From: Eledone cirrhosa
Lineage: Eukaryota
Direction: 5' to 3'
Assembly (NCBI GenBank): GCA_964016885.1
Contig: OZ024742.1
Location: forward strand, 323,330,001-323,394,000
DNA length: 64,000 bases
The stretch's first letter is position 1, and the number at the start of each line of letters is the position of its first letter. The notes under the pieces are model-generated. The model was not told the origin of the DNA, did not search any database, and saw only the letters and a program-made list of their open reading frames with translations. A program made the position numbers and the translations under genes. Below are positions 24,635 through 37,417 of the stretch, one piece after another.

Positions 24635-27530
24635 GTTTACTAGCCGAAATTAAGGATTCTAATGCCGTGCACGTCCATTCCGACAAAACTGGCAACCTAT
24701 ATCAAGTGGAGCGGAGTACTTACCATCAACTACTACATAATGCTGTAACTAAGGATTACCGTAAAACTAATCGGTGCGTCATCAATAAAATCAACGATGC
24801 TGGGGTTAAAATCACCTCTGATCTCAACATCCTGGACCGAACCGAACCTCTGGACCCTATTTCTCCCCACTTTACCCTGAAGGATCACAAATCCAATTTT
24901 CCGAACAACCCCTCTATTCGTCTTATTAACCCTACAAAGTCCGATTTAGGTAGACTTAGTAAAAGGATTCTTGATAGAATTATACCTGAAATTAGAAGTT
25001 TGGTCCCTCTTGCACTGTGGAACAATTCTTTCGCGGTGATTGATTGGTTCAACGGCATATGCAACAAGGAAAATTGCCGTTTTATCCAATTCGACATCAA
25101 TAATTATTACTCCTCCTTCACTTTACCACTCCTCCTTAGAGCTATCAATTTCGCTAAAACACTCACAGTGGTTAAGGATTTCGAAGTTGATGTCATCCTC
25201 AATGCCCGTAAGTCGGTGATTAATTTCGACGACTCTATTTGGATTAAAAAATCCAATAGATGTGAGTATGGGCGCCAGCGATTCTGCGGAGGTTACTGAT
25301 CTTATTGGCCTTTTCCTTCTTTTCTCTATCAAGGACGAATTCCCCAACGTGGGCGGTGGTTTGTACCGTGATGATGGTCTTTTGACCATGACTAAGTGCG
25401 GCCCTCGTGCTTGCGACAGGTTCAGAAAAGAACTCACAGCCTTCTTTAAAGGCTTCAACTTCTCTATACAGATTGAGGCCATTAATTCCCTCGACGTTAC
25501 CCTCAATTTATCGAATGGCTTGTATTACCCGTATAGAAAGCCGAATGATACGCTTAATTACATAAGTAAGCATTCCTACCATCCTACCAGCATAACCAAG
25601 AACCTGGTAAGAAACGTTTCGTTGAGGCTTTCCCGTCTATCTACTAACGAGCATATTTTCAACGACCATTCCACATATTACAATGAAGCTCTTGCTCGGA
25701 GTGGATTTGTCGATAAGGTAGCATATACAGAGTACAAGAATAGACCTAGAAGAAATAGATCCCGACGCATTACATGGTATAACCCACCATATAATATGGA
25801 GGTGGCCACACCATTAGCTAAGATCTTTCTATCCTTATTACGAAGTATTTTCCACCTATACATAAATATAGTAACATTTTTAATAGAAATACTATTAAAA
25901 TGTCTTACTCTACGACTCCTAACCTTGCACATAACATCACAGCTTCAAATTTAGCTAAACTACCTAGCCGTAGGAACACGTGCAGCCCTGTAGTTAGTAC
26001 TAACTGTAATTGTAGGAATCGGGTTGATTGCTCCCTATCCGGGAAATGCCTATCTAGTAACATTGTCTACAAATGTAAGGTTGAAACACCCACGTCCCGT
26101 AGGGCCTACGTAAGGTTAACCGCCAATAGATTCAAGCAGCGTCTTTACATGCATACCCATTCTTTTCGTTACCCTCTAAGAAGGAATATGATGTCACTTT
26201 CAGCTTATATCTGGAGTCTAAAAGACAACCACACCCAATATAAGTTACACTGGGAGATCCTAGCTAGGGCTAGATCGTATAACGGAAATAAAAGACTATG
26301 TGACCTCTGCGCCGCTGAGGCCCTGGAAATACTCTACGTCACAGACCACATCTTAAACAAAAAATCTGAGGCAATTTCGGCTTGTAAACATAAAGTGCAC
26401 AACACTTTCCTGTATTACAGCCCCACATTATACCCTAACGGATAGTACGATCTATACGCGGATATTTTACGTCTTGATGTGGTAGCTAAGTATATGTTAT
26501 GTTTATACCATTACTTATTTGCATAGGTAAGTATATATTACCTGTATGTTTCGTGAAGGTACGTATACTTTCTCGTACGTATATTTGATTGTATATGTTA
26601 TGGCGTATATTTTATATATTCTGGTACATATGCTTTTGGTTATGTGTATACGTGAGTTTTGCGTCTGTGTGAGTATGCGGGTTCGTACGTATGTAGGGTG
26701 TGTGTATATGAGTACTTCGTGTTTTGGTTGACGTACGTCTCCGAACATTTGTGTATTTACATGTAGGTATGTGTGCGTTTGTTATATACGTATTTATTTA
26801 TTTATATACGTTTATTTAATTATTTGTATACACGCACACACACACACACATATTTATATGTGCGTGTATTTGTATACCTATGGCGAGTGTTTTCGCGTAT
26901 GCTTGTGTATGTACGTATTTGGATGCGTGTATGTATTTATTTAATTTCAATTACCTCTGTATTTTATTTACTTTATTCTTAACTCTGAAGCGGAGAATCA
27001 TTCGGTTTCCTAGTTAGAATTTTAGTCTACGACTTCAGTTATACCATTTACGTGTTTTTGTCTTTACGTGCAATTGATTTCCACGCACACCATATGACGT
27101 ATTATCTTCGTCTTTTCCGTTCATTGCCAGAGAACGTCTCTATGAACCACCTAAGAGAATATTAGTCTACGACTTCTTTTATACCATAAACGTGGTTTTG
27201 TCTTTGCGTGTAATTGTTTTTCACCGCTCCAAATAATGACGTATTATATTCGTTTTTTCCCGTTCTTTGCCAGGGAACGTTTCCACGAACCAAAGTATCG
27301 TCTTCCTGTCTTCCTCCGGTTGCAACGTTTTTTGAAATATTCACTTCTGCGTTTACAGATTGACTTTGTTAGTTTCAGAAAATCCCGTTAAGGGTGAAAG
27401 CAGCGATTCTTTGCTCAAACTTTAATCTGTTATTTTAATAAATATTTGCTCTACGGTTCTTATATATTTGATATATATTTATCCTTATCGAGCCCTCTTT
27501 GGATTTTAGTCTTCAAATTTATTATTATTA
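24635..27530 (+). mobile_element. Penelope-like retroelement, 5'-truncated and frameshifted: RT, GIY-YIG endonuclease and 3' pLTR-like region
   Basis: RT motifs SDKTGNLY, FIQFDINNYYSS, MGASDSAEVTDL, LYRDDGL; linker CNCRNRVDCSLSGKC; nuclease IVYKC..AYV..FKQR..H, CDLCAAE, LNKKSE. YRDD plus the CxC linker resembles the Naiad group as I recall it; not verified. Confidence 0.9.
27355..27430 (+). ncRNA. Variant type I hammerhead-like fold at the 3' end of the Penelope-like element
   Basis: Stem I AGTTT/AAACT plus distal ACAGATTGA/TTAATCTGT; core CAGAAAA (non-canonical); stem II CCC-GTTAA-GGG; GAAA; stem III AGCA/TGCT; CUC triplet. Confidence 0.55.
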
Positions 27531-27543
27531 CTATATATATATA

Positions 27544-30500
27544 TCATCATCATCACCATTTTACGTCCGTTCTTCCACGCTAGCATGGGTTAGACGGGTT
27601 GTCCTGTTGTGGGCAGTGTCTGGTCGGCTGACCATGCCTTGCTCACATAGGAACTGATTTGGCTTGATTTCTACAGCTGGATGCCCTTCCTAACACCAAC
27701 CTCATTTACAGTGAGTGCTGGGTGCTTTTTCGTGGTGCCTACACGTCCACTTTACAGTGTAGGCTGGGTGCTTTTTTGCCGTGGCACCTCCACGACCACG
27801 TTGCAGTGGGGGGTGTGGGGGCATATTGTCTATATGCTTCAGCTTGTACCAATGGGAGGTCGGGTACTCTGTACTACTGCGTGATGCCAGAGGTCACGGT
27901 CGTGTGTAATCGCCCTTGCGAGGTGTAATTGGGTAAGGTCGGCTTTTATCACCTCATCCTAGGGCATCTTGGGTCTCCCCACTCCGCGGTTTCCATCGAC
28001 TTCTAGTGCTCTGCACCTTTTTATGCAGCTGTCATCCTTCATACGCATCACATGTCCATACCAACGCAACCGCCTCTCCTGCACACAGCATTTGATTCCT
28101 CTTATGCTCAGATGCTCAGTCTCTCTCTCAATTCATTTATGCTTTGTCGTTCGCATATTACACATCCATCGGAGCATGCAGGCTTCGTTTCTCTCTAATC
28201 TACGTAAGTCTTCCACCTTCAGCGCCCAGGTCTCACTACCATGCAACATCGCTGTTCGGATACACGCATCATACAGTCTGCCTTTCATTTTGAGGGAGAA
28301 GCCTTTTGCAGCTAGCAGTGGTAGTAATTCCCTAAACTTCTTCCATCCCGTTCTTACCCTAGTTATTGTACTTTCTGAACACCCACCTCCGCTGCTAATT
28401 CGGTCACCTAGGTAGCAGAAGCTGTCTACTGTTTCTACAGAGCCCTCCCAGAGATTGGTGGTACTTGTTTCCTGTGGCTGTTTGCTGCTTGCTGTCCCAG
28501 CACAGCTGCTGCATGTGAAGCCGACATTCTTAATTAAGCTTCCTGAGATCCCGCTACATCTCTTGTGTACCCATTGTTTGCATTTTGGGCAGAAAATGGA
28601 GTTCCTACCTACACCTTTCCTACATACTGAGCAAGGCCATTTCCTTGAGGGGATCTGGGTTCTGTTTTCTCGTCTACTTACAAGGACCTTAGTCTTTGTC
28701 ATGTTGACTTTGAGACTCTTTCTTTCTAGTCCTTGCTTCCAAGTTTGGAATTTCTTCTCTAGTTCTACCATAGATTCAGCTATAAGTGCGAGGTCATCAG
28801 CATACAGGAGTTCCCATGGGCATCCGGTCTTAAACTCTTCCGTTATTGCCTGCAGGACTATGATGAACAGGAGGGGGCTAAGAACAGAGCCCTGGTGGAC
28901 CCCAACCTGTACACTAAATTCCTCGCTATACTCATTGCTAATCCTAACTTTGCTGACTGCTCCCCTATACATGGCTTGTTCCGCTTTCACAAGCCATTCA
29001 TCTACTCCTAGTTTTCTAAGAGCCCACCAGATTATAGCACGTGGAACTCTGTCAAAGGCTTTCTCAAGATCGACAAATGCCAGGTAGAGTGGCTTACTTT
29101 TAGCTAGGTACTTTTCTTCCTGTAACTGCCTCACAAGGAAGAGGGCATCAGTGGTGCCTCTTCCTGGTACAAACCCAAATTGCATCTCGTCTAGTTTCAC
29201 CCGGTCCCTAATCAACCGTGCTATAACTCTTTCTGTTACTTTCATGACCTGGTCCATCAGCTTTATACCTCTATAGTTTCCTCTATCTAGTGCATCACCT
29301 TTACCTTTGTAGCAGTTGACAATGATGCTACTGCACCAATCTTTTGGTATGACACCTTCTAGTATTACCTGGTTAACAATATGTGTGGTTATAGTGTGAC
29401 CTACAGACCCAGATGCCTTCAGCATCTCGGCAGCTATACCCGATGGACCGGTTGCCTTCCCCATCTTCATATCTTTGATTGCCTTACTTACTACGCTGCT
29501 GCTGACTTGTACTGCTGGCCCCTCTATAGGGTTTACTTGGGGTAGGGTCTCTTCTTCTCATGCATTCTCCTCATTTAGTAATCTATCATAATGACTCTTC
29601 CATGCATCTTTCTTCTCAGCATTTGTGAGGGCAAGCTCACCTTTATCATTCCAGATACACTTCTCTCCAATGACATCACAATTCTCTCTGACACACTGCC
29701 TCGCAATATTGAACACCTCCTGTTTCTGGTCCTCACGTTGCAAAACATGCTTGAATTTTCTATCCTCTGCTTCCCTCCTAGCTAAGTATACTTGTCGCCT
29801 AGCTTCCCTCTTGGTCTCTATGTAATGTACCCTGCTCCCCCCGTTCTTCCATCCTTTCCATGCCTATCTCTTGGCCTTAACTGCCTCATCTACCTTATTG
29901 TTCCACCACCAAGTCACTCTCCTCCTGCTTGTGGTCTTACTCCAGCCACAGACCTCATCCGTTGCCTCTAGTAAGTTATTTTTTAGGAACTCCCAGTTCT
30001 CTTCTACATTGAATGTCTCTATCTGTTCTTCTTTACTGTCGTAGGCATTGAGTAAAATATCTTTAAATCTGTTACTGGTTGAGGGGTCTTTCAGCTTCCA
30101 GATCTTTCTTCTCCAGGTTGGCCTCTGTTTCCAGGTTCATCTAGTTCTGACTGTGAGGTCGCTGACAACTAAGCTATGTTGGGATGTACATTCCTCACTA
30201 GGGAAGGCTTTTGTGTTTACGACCGTCCATCTGTCACGTCCTCAGATGAGGATAAAATCTATCTGACTAGAATGCTCCCCTGATCTATAGGTGATCAGGT
30301 GGTTGTCGGGTTTTTAAAAGTTTGTGTTACATATCGACATGTCATTGGCGTCGCAGAATTCTAGAAGTCTGAATCCTTCCTCATTTCTTGTGCCAACCCT
30401 ATGGCCTCCATGGACTCTATTGAAGCCGTCACAGTGTTTACCTATGTGTCCGTTAAAATCTCCTGCGATGATTAGGAAGTCATTGTCGTTTGTTAGAGCA

Positions 30501-31361
30501 GTAGTGTGCATTAGGGACTCGTAAAACTTATCCTTAAGTTCGTCTGGCAACCCCGATTGGGGTGTGTAAGCTGATATTATTGTGGTAATTGTTTTATTCA
30601 GGACTAGTCTGAGTTTAATGATTCTTGCATTTACCCTGTACACTGAGATTACTTTATCTACCCACTTGTCAGCTAGTAGTATACCTACACCACCCATCCC
30701 ATCGTCATTTGCCACCCAGAAAAATTTGTAGCACCGACTTTTTCCTACAAGGACTCTAGCAGACTCTCCTCTCCATCTAGTCTCTTGCACACAGCGTACA
30801 TCAATTTCCTTTCGCTCTAGCATTTCTACGATTTCTCCTGCTCTTCCTTTCATTGTGCTTACATTGATGGTACCAACTCAGAGTTTTGGGCATTTGTCGA
30901 CACTCGTAGGGAAGGGTCTCTGGATTGGCGCTTCACATGGGTGCTTGGTAGCTCGCGGATTCATATTTCATCTATTAATTCAGAGTTGCTCAAATTTATT
31001 CTCAGCTCATCCATCCATAACGGTAGGAAAATTCAGGACTAGAAGAACAGTGGTGGTGGAATAATGGCAGGGTGTGTTGGGCTGGGACAGGGGAGGAGAG
31101 AGTTAGTTAGGTAGTAGTAGCAGAAGAAATGGCGTGCTGAGGTTTGATTGGTCGAATAGGCTATGGTGGTATGAGGGGGTGGGTGGGAGGAAAATTGTGA
31201 GGTAGAGAGAGGGTCGCCGCAGCATGGCAAAGTAGCCGATAGAATACAGCAACAATAATATTAATAATAATAGCCAGTCATGGCCTGTAGCCTTTGATGG
31301 AAAAATAGACAGAGACAGAGTCAGGCAGAGTCAGCATGGTAGGAGAATAACAAAGTAAATG
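27544..31361 (-). mobile_element. Near full-length RTE-clade LINE (AP endonuclease 30314-30853, RT 28133-29470), disrupted, with (GAT)n tail
   Basis: APE motifs VQETRW, ISAYTPQ, AGDFNGH; RT motifs FVDLEKAFDRVP, GVHQGSVLSPLLF, LLYADDL; C-terminal RWYGHVMR-type region; (TA)n on both sides. Confidence 0.92.
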
Positions 31362-31393
<32 letters not shown>

Positions 31394-32248
31394 ATGTGTT
31401 TATATATATAATTATTTACAAAGATATTAAACATTTAATATCATATTTACTCCAGGAACTTGTTGAGTGCTCTATAAACATTTATATTTTTAATAAGCGT
31501 AATTTGATTTTGAATCAAATTACGTTTATTAAAAAAAAGCCTTCGTGAGCTCCTTTTTTTAAGTAAAAAGAAATTCAAACACACACACACAACACACACA
31601 CACACACACACACACAAGCACACAAATAAACATACATATCTTTACTTTCTTTATTCAATAGAAAATCTGAATTCTGACACCCCAGCGAACTAACCATATT
31701 CACTGAACCAGAACAATTCTCCCATCCCATTTCTCTTGACCATTATCTTTTGTTTGTCATAAAATTCTCTAAATAGGCTACAGAATAGATTTCCAAATAA
31801 GGGCGCGAAAATTTAATGAAAACTTGTTCATGTGACAGCCATAATTTCATTTATAACCAATCAAATTGCGTTTATTAAAAAAAAGCCTTCGTGAGCCCCT
31901 CTTTTTTTAAGTAAAAAAAAATTCAAACACTCATATATGAAAAAACAAACTGCCCCCCCCCCCCCCCCCTGTTTGAAGAACTTTGTAATGCAAACTGCCG
32001 CGAAATTTATTATAATTATTGACCAACCAATCAAATTACTTCTCTAAAAACCTGGCATTTCGAGCCACTTTTTTCCATATAAAACAAGTAACATTCAGAG
32101 ACCAACCAGATGTGAGAAAAACCACCGACCCCCGATCTCAACTCTACTTTTGAAAAGCAGAAGAACTGCGAAACCAGTAAAGGAACCAAATAAATATATA
32201 TATTTTAAAAAAAATAAGACTCGTTGCTTTTCCGATTTCATCTTTTTT

Positions 32249-32319
<71 letters not shown>

Positions 32320-32339
32320 GTATGTATATATATATATAT

Positions 32340-32890
32340 CATCATCATCATCATCACCGTTTTACGTCCGTTCTTCCACGCTAGCATGGGTTAGACGGGT
32401 TGTTTTGTTGTGGGCAGTGTCTGGTCGGCTGACCATGCCTTGCTCATACAGGAACTGATTTGGCTTGATTTCTACAGCTGGATGCCCTTCCTAACACCAA
32501 CCTCATTTACAGTGAGTGCTGGGTGCTTTTTCGTGGCGCCTACACGTCCACTTTACAGTGTGGGCTGGGTGCTTTTTTGCCGTGGCACCTCCACGACCAC
32601 CTTGCAGTGGGGGGTGTGGGGGCATATTGTCTATATGCTTCAGCTTGTACCCATGGGAGGTCGGGTACTCTGTATTACTGCATGACGCCAGAGGTCACGG
32701 TCGTGTGTCATCGCCTTTGAGAGGTGTAATTGGGTAAGGTCAGCTTTTATCACCTCATCCCAGGTCATCTTGGGTCTCCCCACTCCGCGGTTTCCATCGA
32801 CTTCTAGTGCTCTGCACCTTTTTATGCAGCTGTCATCCTTCATACGCATCACATGTCCATACCAACGCAACCACCTCTCCTGCACACAGC
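32340..32890 (-). mobile_element. 5'-truncated copy of the same RTE family
   Basis: Near-identical to 27544-28090; flanked by TA runs. Confidence 0.88.
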
Positions 32891-33617
32891 ATATATATGT
32901 ATATATGTGTATGTATATATATATATATATATACATATTAACTTGAATAAGAATAGATATTATTGATATATTTCATATGTGAAAATAACTAAGAAATGTA
33001 TTTATATAAATTAATTATTTCTACTTTTGGCACAAGGCCAACAATTACTCCAGTTCATTACTGGTGCTTTATTTATATAAGTTTATGACAGCATTGTTGT
33101 ACAGCTATGATGCAAATAAATATACAAATAATAACATAATACATAACTTGATTGTTAAGCTGAATCTATGTTTGTATGTGTCAATGTAACCTTCAATCTT
33201 TACTTAATATAAATAATGGTTTCTAAATTAAGCTCAAGACCAGCTTTTTAGTGAAGAGGATGTTGATTATATGGATTCTGGTACTTTCTTTTATTGTCCC
33301 TAGAATGATGAAAGTCGACCTCACAAGATTTGAATTCAGAATATATAAAGCCAGAACAAATACTGCAAAACATTTGTCTGATGCTCTAACAATTCTGTTA
33401 TACTTTATATAAGTAATATAATAGTAGGTGTGTTTTGTAAATGAGCAACTTGTCATCCTTTTGATATCCATTTGTTCATCTTTATTTGGTCTGGTCATGT
33501 CTGCTATACACTATATTACCATTTATCTTGAACTCACCTGTGATACCAAACTTCATAGGATCGAATTTTAACCTCCTTTGCCATATCATTCTAGTTTCTT
33601 ATGAATATCCTTTTTAA

Positions 33618-33807
33618 TAATTGTTTCTACTTTTGGCACAAGGCCAGCAATTATTCCAGTGTATTACTGGTACTTTATTTTATCGACCCGTTAAGGATGA
33701 AAGGCAAAGTTAACCTCGGCGGGTCTTGAACTCAGTCCGTAAAGGGACGTAACTGTGCTGCAAAGCATGGCGTCCGACCCTCTACTGATACTGCCAATCC
33801 ACCGCCC
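33618..33807 (-). mobile_element. Family-1 SINE
   Basis: Full length; 18-bp TSD aatatcctttttaataat. Confidence 0.9.
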
Positions 33808-35783
33808 TTTTAATATCCTTTTTAATAATGAGTATGAATTTCTCCTGAAGGATTTTTTTTGTCTTTGAAAATTGTATTTCTGTTTAACCTAAAGTAAATC
33901 ATCTTTAGATTAACTTAACATCTTTAAAGATATAGACATTTTGGCTAGGGTAATTCTAGATAACTGGAGATATGGTGTAAATAACAGTAGTAAACAGAAG
34001 TGCATTTCAGAATGGGCTAGCAAGATACAGTGTTGAGAGAATATAGTCAAACATCTTACTGAGTTGGCAGGTTCAAAGTTTTAATTGTTTTTGCTAGTCA
34101 TATTACTTATCTGTGTGTAGGGCAGTGGATTGGCAGTATCGGTAGAGTGTCGGACACTATGCTTTGTGGCATAGTGTTTTGACCCTTTGCATTCTGAGTT
34201 CAAATCCAGCCAAGGTTAGCTTTGCCTTTCATCCTTACGATAAAATAAAGCACTAGTAATGCACTGGGGTCGATTTAATTGACTATCCCCTCTCCCCAAA
34301 TTGGACTTGTGCACATAGTAGAAATCATATTACCTATCTGTGTGTTTGTGTGAGTTAAATTAATGATGGCATTGAAGCAACTCAACTGTCCAAGTCAATG
34401 GGAGCAGCTTTGTTTGCATCAATAGATTCTATGTAAATCTTGTCAAGAAAGTAAAATGGAAAGTAAAATGTTTTGTAGAATTTTATCAAAGGTTTTCAGT
34501 TTAAATTAGTCAACTTCATTAAGAATAATACACAACACACAAGCGTTTTCAGTCCATTTTTCCAAAGTAAATCAGAGGTTAGTCTTGCAGTCCTTTAATA
34601 CTCATCATGAGCAGTATTGTACAGTTAGATGCCTTTCTTAGTGCCAACCCTCCTAGTCACCTCTTATGACATGCAGGGATATGATGTACCAATGAAAATA
34701 AAAGTATTGTTGGAATGTGAAATTGTTTTCTGGTGCTGCATTATAAATCTTTGATATCTAAATATTGCCTCAGAAAGGAAAATAAATCAAAGCAGGTTGT
34801 AAGTTCGGAATGTTAATAAAAATTTGAAATAGAGTGAATGTTATCTTTCAATAGCAGTTTCTTGAACACCTAATATCAGTAAAATACCACTGATCCCATA
34901 AAACACAATAGAGTCATGAAGGTGATGCTGTGGCATACAGTATGTATTGGGAATTTTATATCTGGTGGCATCCATCCTCTCCAGGTTTGACTTCCAGAGA
35001 GAGAGTGAAGAACTGACCCTGTATTGGACTGGTACTTCATTTATTGAACACAAAAGTAGGAATGGTAAAGCTGGCCTTGGTAGGATTTGAACTCATAGTA
35101 GAATGAATAGCACAAAGCATTTTATCTGATGCCCTAAGGATTCTGCCCATTTGCTATAGAATAAACTGAAAGTCAATAAATGAAGGAGAATAAATATGTT
35201 AATTGTCCTAAGATATTTTATTTCAAAATCTAGCCTGTTTTAAACCTAAATTTACATACTTTATTAGGAATATTTATATATTGTAGGTGCAGGCATAGTT
35301 GTAGTGCTGGAATCATGTTAAAATGCTTCTAGTACACACTGTAAAGTGGTTGGTGTTAGGAAGGGCACCCAACCATAGAAACCAAACTAAAACAAAGCAT
35401 ACTTCAAGACCTAGTCACCTGACTCTTCTACCCTCATCATGTGATAGCTGTCCAACCTAAGCAAGCATGGAAAATATATGTTAAATGTCAAGGATGATGG
35501 GTATATATGTCCCATAACTTTGCAGTTCGATAAGTAATGGACTTGAAAAAAAAATAGTACTGGGGCTGATCAGCATCACCTTAGTCTAATGACTGAAACA
35601 AATAGAAGAATAAAGGAATTAATGCCATTTCAATGGAATATCAACCAAAATTTCAGGAGACTAAACAAAAATTTTCAGTCACCTTTGTCCCCTTATAGAA
35701 TGATTATAAACCAGCAGGGGAGCCTATAGGTAACTCAGCTGATTGTATATAAAGTCATTCAACAACATAGTTTAAATTTAAAT

Positions 35784-36631
35784 AGACGTCCCTCCTGCTG
35801 ACGTCAAGTCACCCCAAAGCACTTGGGATGCCATCCAGTGCAGCCTAGCTTCAGACAGGCTCACGTGCCAGCTCGACCAGCACCGCCTTGCCTGTTTTCG
35901 TGTGGCCTCCAAACCCCACAGTGGTGCCTGGCTCCATGTCCTGCCCTCCTTCTCCACTGGCACGCAGCTAGATAACAATAGCCTGCGCATTGGAGTTTCC
36001 TTGAGGCTCGGCCTCCAGATCTGCGAGCCACACCAATGTCGCTGTGGATCCATCATGGACACTTTCGGCCTCCACCCGCTTTCCTGTCGCCACAGTACCG
36101 GCCTCCACCCGCTTTCCTGTCGCCACAGTGCCGGCCACCTTCCACGCCATGCTGCCCTCAATGAGGTCATAAAGCATGGCTTGGACGCTGCAGGCTTCCC
36201 TTCCAGCTCGAGCTGGTGGGATTGGACCGATGGGATGGCAAAAGGCCACGATGGCATGACATCTTCCCGTTCCGCGGTGCAAACCCCTCGTCTGGGATGC
36301 CACTTGCAGCGACACTTTCTCCAGCCGCAACCTGGTGCAGTCTGCAACTAACCCAGGTTCTGCTGCACATCGGGCTGAGGAGGCCAAACTCTTCAAATAC
36401 CGGTCGCTCTCCGACAGGTTTGCGGTTGTACTCTTGGCAGTGGAGACTTCTGGTGTCCCTAGGGCTACCTCCATAGGCGCTGAGCTGGCCAGCCGCAGGT
36501 GTGAGCCCTGCGAGTTGGAGTGGCTCTTCCAGCGCTTGTCCCTTGTCATCCTCCGGGGAAATGCCTTCTCTATTCTGCCCGCCGGGGCTGTGGGGAGACA
36601 AGCCGATTATATTATGAATTCTGTTGAATAG
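35784..36631 (+). mobile_element. CRE-type (R2-group) non-LTR retrotransposon 3' fragment: zinc knuckle plus restriction-like endonuclease
   Basis: SGAWLHVLP, CRCG..HPLSC, RHAALN, frameshifted KRPDG..KPLVWDATCSDT, AVETSG, WLFQRLSLVILRGNA; GC-rich island; internal 33-bp duplication at ~36066-36131. Confidence 0.85.
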
Positions 36632-36758
36632 TCTTAAATACTTCAATATGAAAATTCTGTCCTGTAATTTAAATCACTAGACATGAAGGATAAAGTATAA
36701 GAATATTTAAGCACACAATATATCATATATATGAGTCACTATTTATTGCCGATACATA

Positions 36759-37326
36759 CAGGGGTTGGACAAAATAATGGAAACACCTAGCATCATAGAA
36801 TCATAATTTTGAAATATCTATAAAACTGTCAAAAGCTTGTTTATTTTTATCTTATTTGATTTATTATTAGTGTTGCTTAATAAGTTTTGTTTAAAATTGC
36901 TGTTTCTTTTCAGATATCATCAGCAAAAGGTAATTAAAATTCATTAAAATGACAGATCTATCGGACTTTCAAAGAGATCAAATTGTTGGTGCTCGTATGG
37001 CAGGCTCTAGCGTAACGAAAACAGACGAAATGTTTGGTGTATCGAGAAGTACTGTCTTGAAAGTAATGACAGCCTTTGAGAAAGAGGGAAAAACCTCCTC
37101 GTCAAAACAAAACTCCGGAAAAAACCCAAAACTTTCAGATAAGGACTGTCGGACTCTTGCGCGAATTGTTAGAAAGGATCACAAAAGTACAGCTCCCAAA
37201 ATTACTGCAGAGCTTAATGACCACCTCGAGAACAATAACAATAAACAAGCTTTTGACGGTTTTATAGATATTTCAAAATTATGATGCTATGATGATAGGT
37301 GTTTCCATTATTTTGTCCAACCCCTG
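36759..37326 (+). mobile_element. Internally deleted Tc1/mariner transposon; HTH part of the transposase at 36949-37284
   Basis: ~85-bp TIRs starting CAGGGGTTGGACAAAATAATGGAAACACCTA, TA TSD; MTDLSDFQRDQIVGARMAG..FGVSRSTV; no DDE domain. Confidence 0.92.
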
Positions 37327-37417
37327 TATATGTATACACACACATACATACATTATTTGAAAATATTTGTTTCAGTTTGTGAATGTTTGGGTGTCGCTTA
37401 AAATATTGGTATATAAA

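Noticed and set aside
24604-27530. Selenocysteine recoding or SECIS, as reported for some Naiad PLEs
   Set aside because: The ORF breaks look like frameshifts, not in-frame TGA at Cys positions; no convincing SECIS seen by eye
35778-36646. Minus-strand ORFs of 159-193 aa
   Set aside because: Antisense shadows of the GC-rich CRE fragment
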